From Amphiscolops sp. MND2022 (lineage: Eukaryota): a stretch of 64,000 nucleotides of DNA. The translations under genes were made by a program, and so were the position numbers. The DNA lies in the NCBI GenBank assembly GCA_964187785.1, contig OZ076415.1, forward strand, positions 11,532,001 through 11,596,000. Direction: 5' to 3'. This document shows positions 61,286-64,000 of the stretch, piece after piece (positions within the stretch are counted from its first letter, which is position 1; every line of letters starts with the position of its first letter). Under the pieces are notes generated by a model that was given only the letters and a program-made list of their open reading frames with translations, did not search any database and was not told the DNA's origin.

Positions 61286-62615
61286 TAATAGACCGATTGT
61301 TTTAGCTGAACAAGACAAGGCTCAAGTTGCTTCTTCTAATTCACCGACGAAAGTTTATGCTGCACTGAAAGTCGCAACACCCCAATCCCGTGGTCTAGCG
61401 GCTGAGGTGGGAACACCCAGTGAGCCACCTTTACAAATTGATGAAGGGATAACGGTCGAGACCCACACTAATCCTTCAGCCTTGAAAATTACAGACCCAT
61501 CTTCCGACACGGTTCAGGGTCAGACCCAGGATCTTTCCAGCGAAACTGTTGTTGCTTCAACTCCTGATACTACCCCTGTCAAAAGCATGGATGCATTGGC
61601 GGGTAATTTCACTCAGAGTGTGTACCAGGACTTGATTCCACAATGTAGTTCCCAAATGGAATCCCCACGATTTGATCAACTTCTTCCACAAACTAGAAAC
61701 AATGATGACGTTCCCCAAAATCCTGCTGTGATTGGATTGGACACAGAACTGAACCCCGAAGATATTCGTCTGCAGGAGGATATCGTTCATGCCAGAGAAG
61801 AATCCACTCTTCAGAATACAACCCTCCCAAGCCTCAGCATTACACGACAGGAGATTCTCGTTTTGTCGAGTGTGCTTGATAGAATACCCCCCGCATTCCT
61901 TACTAGTGAAGAAATTGGCATTCATCATCCCATGGGATTGACAATTGTAGACGATCTTGTGCCGGCTGTAGTTCCTGCCACGTCTAGCCAGGAAGAGCTA
62001 ACAATGCAAACTGATTCTGGAACAACTCATCAAGGGGCGAGCCAGAGCGTCACTTTGGCGCGGGGGAAACGACGTCGAGCCAGGTATTCTCTGACCGGCG
62101 GAATGCTCAAGAAACATCCCGTCCTAAAATTCTCTGCCACTGGACCATTAGATAAGGGCAAGTCCCCCCATAAATGGTGGTGTAGAGTCTGCAAAGTAGA
62201 GCTGTCTCTCATGAGTAGAGGGAGTCTTGAACTGATCTCGCACTACCGCTCAGATGCTCACCTGATCAAGGAGCATCGAATCCGCATGGAGGTGCCAGGG
62301 ATGCCTCTCTTCGACAAGGACCAGACCGAACTGTTAGGGGTTGCTCTCCAAGAAGCGAAGAGGAAAGCTAAAGACACTTATCCTATTGCTCCCCAACTCG
62401 ATTCTTGTCGGCCTCTCGTGGGACAAGAGTCAATTCCAGATTTTACCGCTACCAGTAGTCCTACAGACAAAGTGTTATCTCAAATCAGTATCCTTGAGTT
62501 CGGTTTGAAGCATGGTGGGCACATTTCCAGTTTAACTGGAATGTATGACGAGCTTGTGCGCTTAACGTCCAGCGACCGGTTGTCAATGCAAAATTGGGGT
62601 CCCGAACGTCTCTTT
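61286..62615 (+). CDS. Main exon of a BED/U1-like zinc-finger protein
   Basis: WWCRVCKVELSLMSRGSLELISHYRSDAH (C-x2-C-x16-H-x5-H); acceptor ttttattttag at 61285 and donor TTT|gtaagt at 62616. Confidence 0.7.
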
Positions 62616-62758
62616 GTAAGTCTCTTCTTTCCTTCTCTCTAGGTTTATTTTCGTTATCATTTTGATATACTAGGTATCACTTATATCATTTTACGCGATG
62701 TCCGCGCACAAATACCCACTTCAGTTCTTTTGTATACTGAAAGCATTTCATGTTACAG

Positions 62759-63244
62759 GGTATCCTGGTCTACATGTTTCGGGAATTGGTAAGCCACTGT
62801 GTCTCGATGATCACTACTTCTGGACATTATTCTTTGGCCATGCAACATACCAGCACCGTATCTTTCGTCATGCTTTGCTTCTGGGCTGGCAATGTTTACC
62901 ACCGAGTTTGCCTTGGTGGGGCACCTCGAGGACTGTTACTCCCAAGGAAGGTTATCACCCTGGTATCCTCTTTCCTCAGTCTTTTCGAGACTTACCCGAC
63001 ATGTGTGGCTCTTATTGATTTTGATGACAAACTTAGTGACTGCCTGACTGCTTCCCTGCCTGGATCGCACCACCCCACAATAGTCCACACTTTTGGCCCT
63101 AAGGAGTTTGAACGCAGTTTGGCTACCCCAACTGTACAGATAATCGAGAGGCATGACTACAGGACAATTCTGGATTTCCTGATGATGAAACTTAGGACTG
63201 CCCTCGACCGGGATTGGTTGCAACAATTACCTCTCTTGCATAAG
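62759..63244 (+). CDS. Next exon of the zinc-finger gene
   Basis: Acceptor catgttacag|GGT (phase 0, matching the preceding donor); GILVYMFRELVSHCV...LLHK|gtaaaa. Confidence 0.6.
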
Positions 63245-64000
63245 GTAAAATCCCAATCATAAGTCACTTTGTTCTTTGATAGAAGACTTCTTCTTGCCAA
63301 TTTCGATTTTTTAATGTTGTAGTGTGTTACCCAATTGGAGTATTCACTTGTCGAAGCGTCAGATTTGATTGAGATCCTGTCCAGCAACTGGAATCATGTC
63401 CAGAATCATTTGAATCAAGTGGCTCGACTCCCTGCTTACCGCTTCCACATGAGAGAGGTTATTTTCAGTTTTCTCGATTTGTCTTTAGTCAGGACTGACC
63501 TCATCTTATTTCCTAATTTTCTTTCAGCCAAGCACTTTGGACGAATGTTTCCGCCTGGACACGGCCTACTTGGCCAGACTGTTCATCATTAGATGCGTCC
63601 TCGATCACTGTTAGTTGGTTGTTTCCTTTTGTTCGGTGTAAAAAATTCAGGTATATAATTCATCTTTTCATATCAAGACAAATAGTTACTTGGCTTGTTT
63701 CTCATAATAGCTCATAATTGTCCTTGGTCACTGTTTTCTGATCTGCATTGCGTTGTTTTATGATGCATACATATCATGACAAGTATTCGGTACATCTCAA
63801 GACGTGTATTGTCGCATCGTCACCATATAATACCATTTCAGCATAGTGGCGATCGCTCTCCACAGCTCAAACCGTATAGTGACGCACTGGCATCACTGCT
63901 TGGACCGTATAGTGACGTGTAGTCGTCATCCTTTACTATTTCCGCATAGTGTCGAGTAATCGTCACAGCTCAAGCCGCATAGTGACGTATAATCGTCATC

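Larger units (their letters stand above)
60270..64000 (+). mobile_element. Putative TIR DNA-transposon-like element of unclassified superfamily (right end at or beyond the window edge)
   Basis: 60284-60303 GGTGACGAGTATACGTCACT is an 18/20 inverted match to the last 20 bases AGTGACGTATAATCGTCATC; motif arrays at 60305-60490 and 63830-64000; spliced zinc-finger gene inside. Confidence 0.7.

Overview
AT-rich eukaryotic (metazoan) genomic DNA dominated by transposable elements; no prokaryotic features. The repeat and retroelement style suggests a marine invertebrate, possibly an acoel (inference only). Host genes: an intronless LRRC56 orthologue (1706-3619, +) and a chain of minus-strand, phase-1 extracellular-domain exons. 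These are a SUEL/rhamnose-binding lectin exon (48641-48339), a small Cys-rich exon (39793-39660), a 4.3 kb Thr/Glu/Ser mucin exon with a 942-bp higher-order repeat (28517-24201), and three paralogous PAN/apple-like terminal exons (23661, 12471, 10513). Mobile elements: (1) a full-length decayed Ty3/Gypsy (12706-19537, -) with 192-bp LTRs, GCATT TSD, tRNA-Ser-type PBS and a nested Tc1/mariner-type MITE; (2) a BEL/Pao element (29252-38554, +) with an in-frame 3150-bp internal pol duplication, a ~38-nt half-tRNA-like PBS and a tRNA-like A/B-box segment in its LTR; (3) R2-like non-LTR relics away from rDNA; (4) ORF-containing LTR-like units; (5) several local duplications; (6) at the right end, a TIR-bounded element encoding a spliced zinc-finger protein, next to an orphan ORF and arrays of a shared subterminal motif. 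The best candidates for something undescribed are the tRNA-like segment in BEL LTRs, the mucin plus alternative PAN-like terminal-exon array, and the unclassified TIR element. All coordinates and counts were read by eye; no database searches were run.
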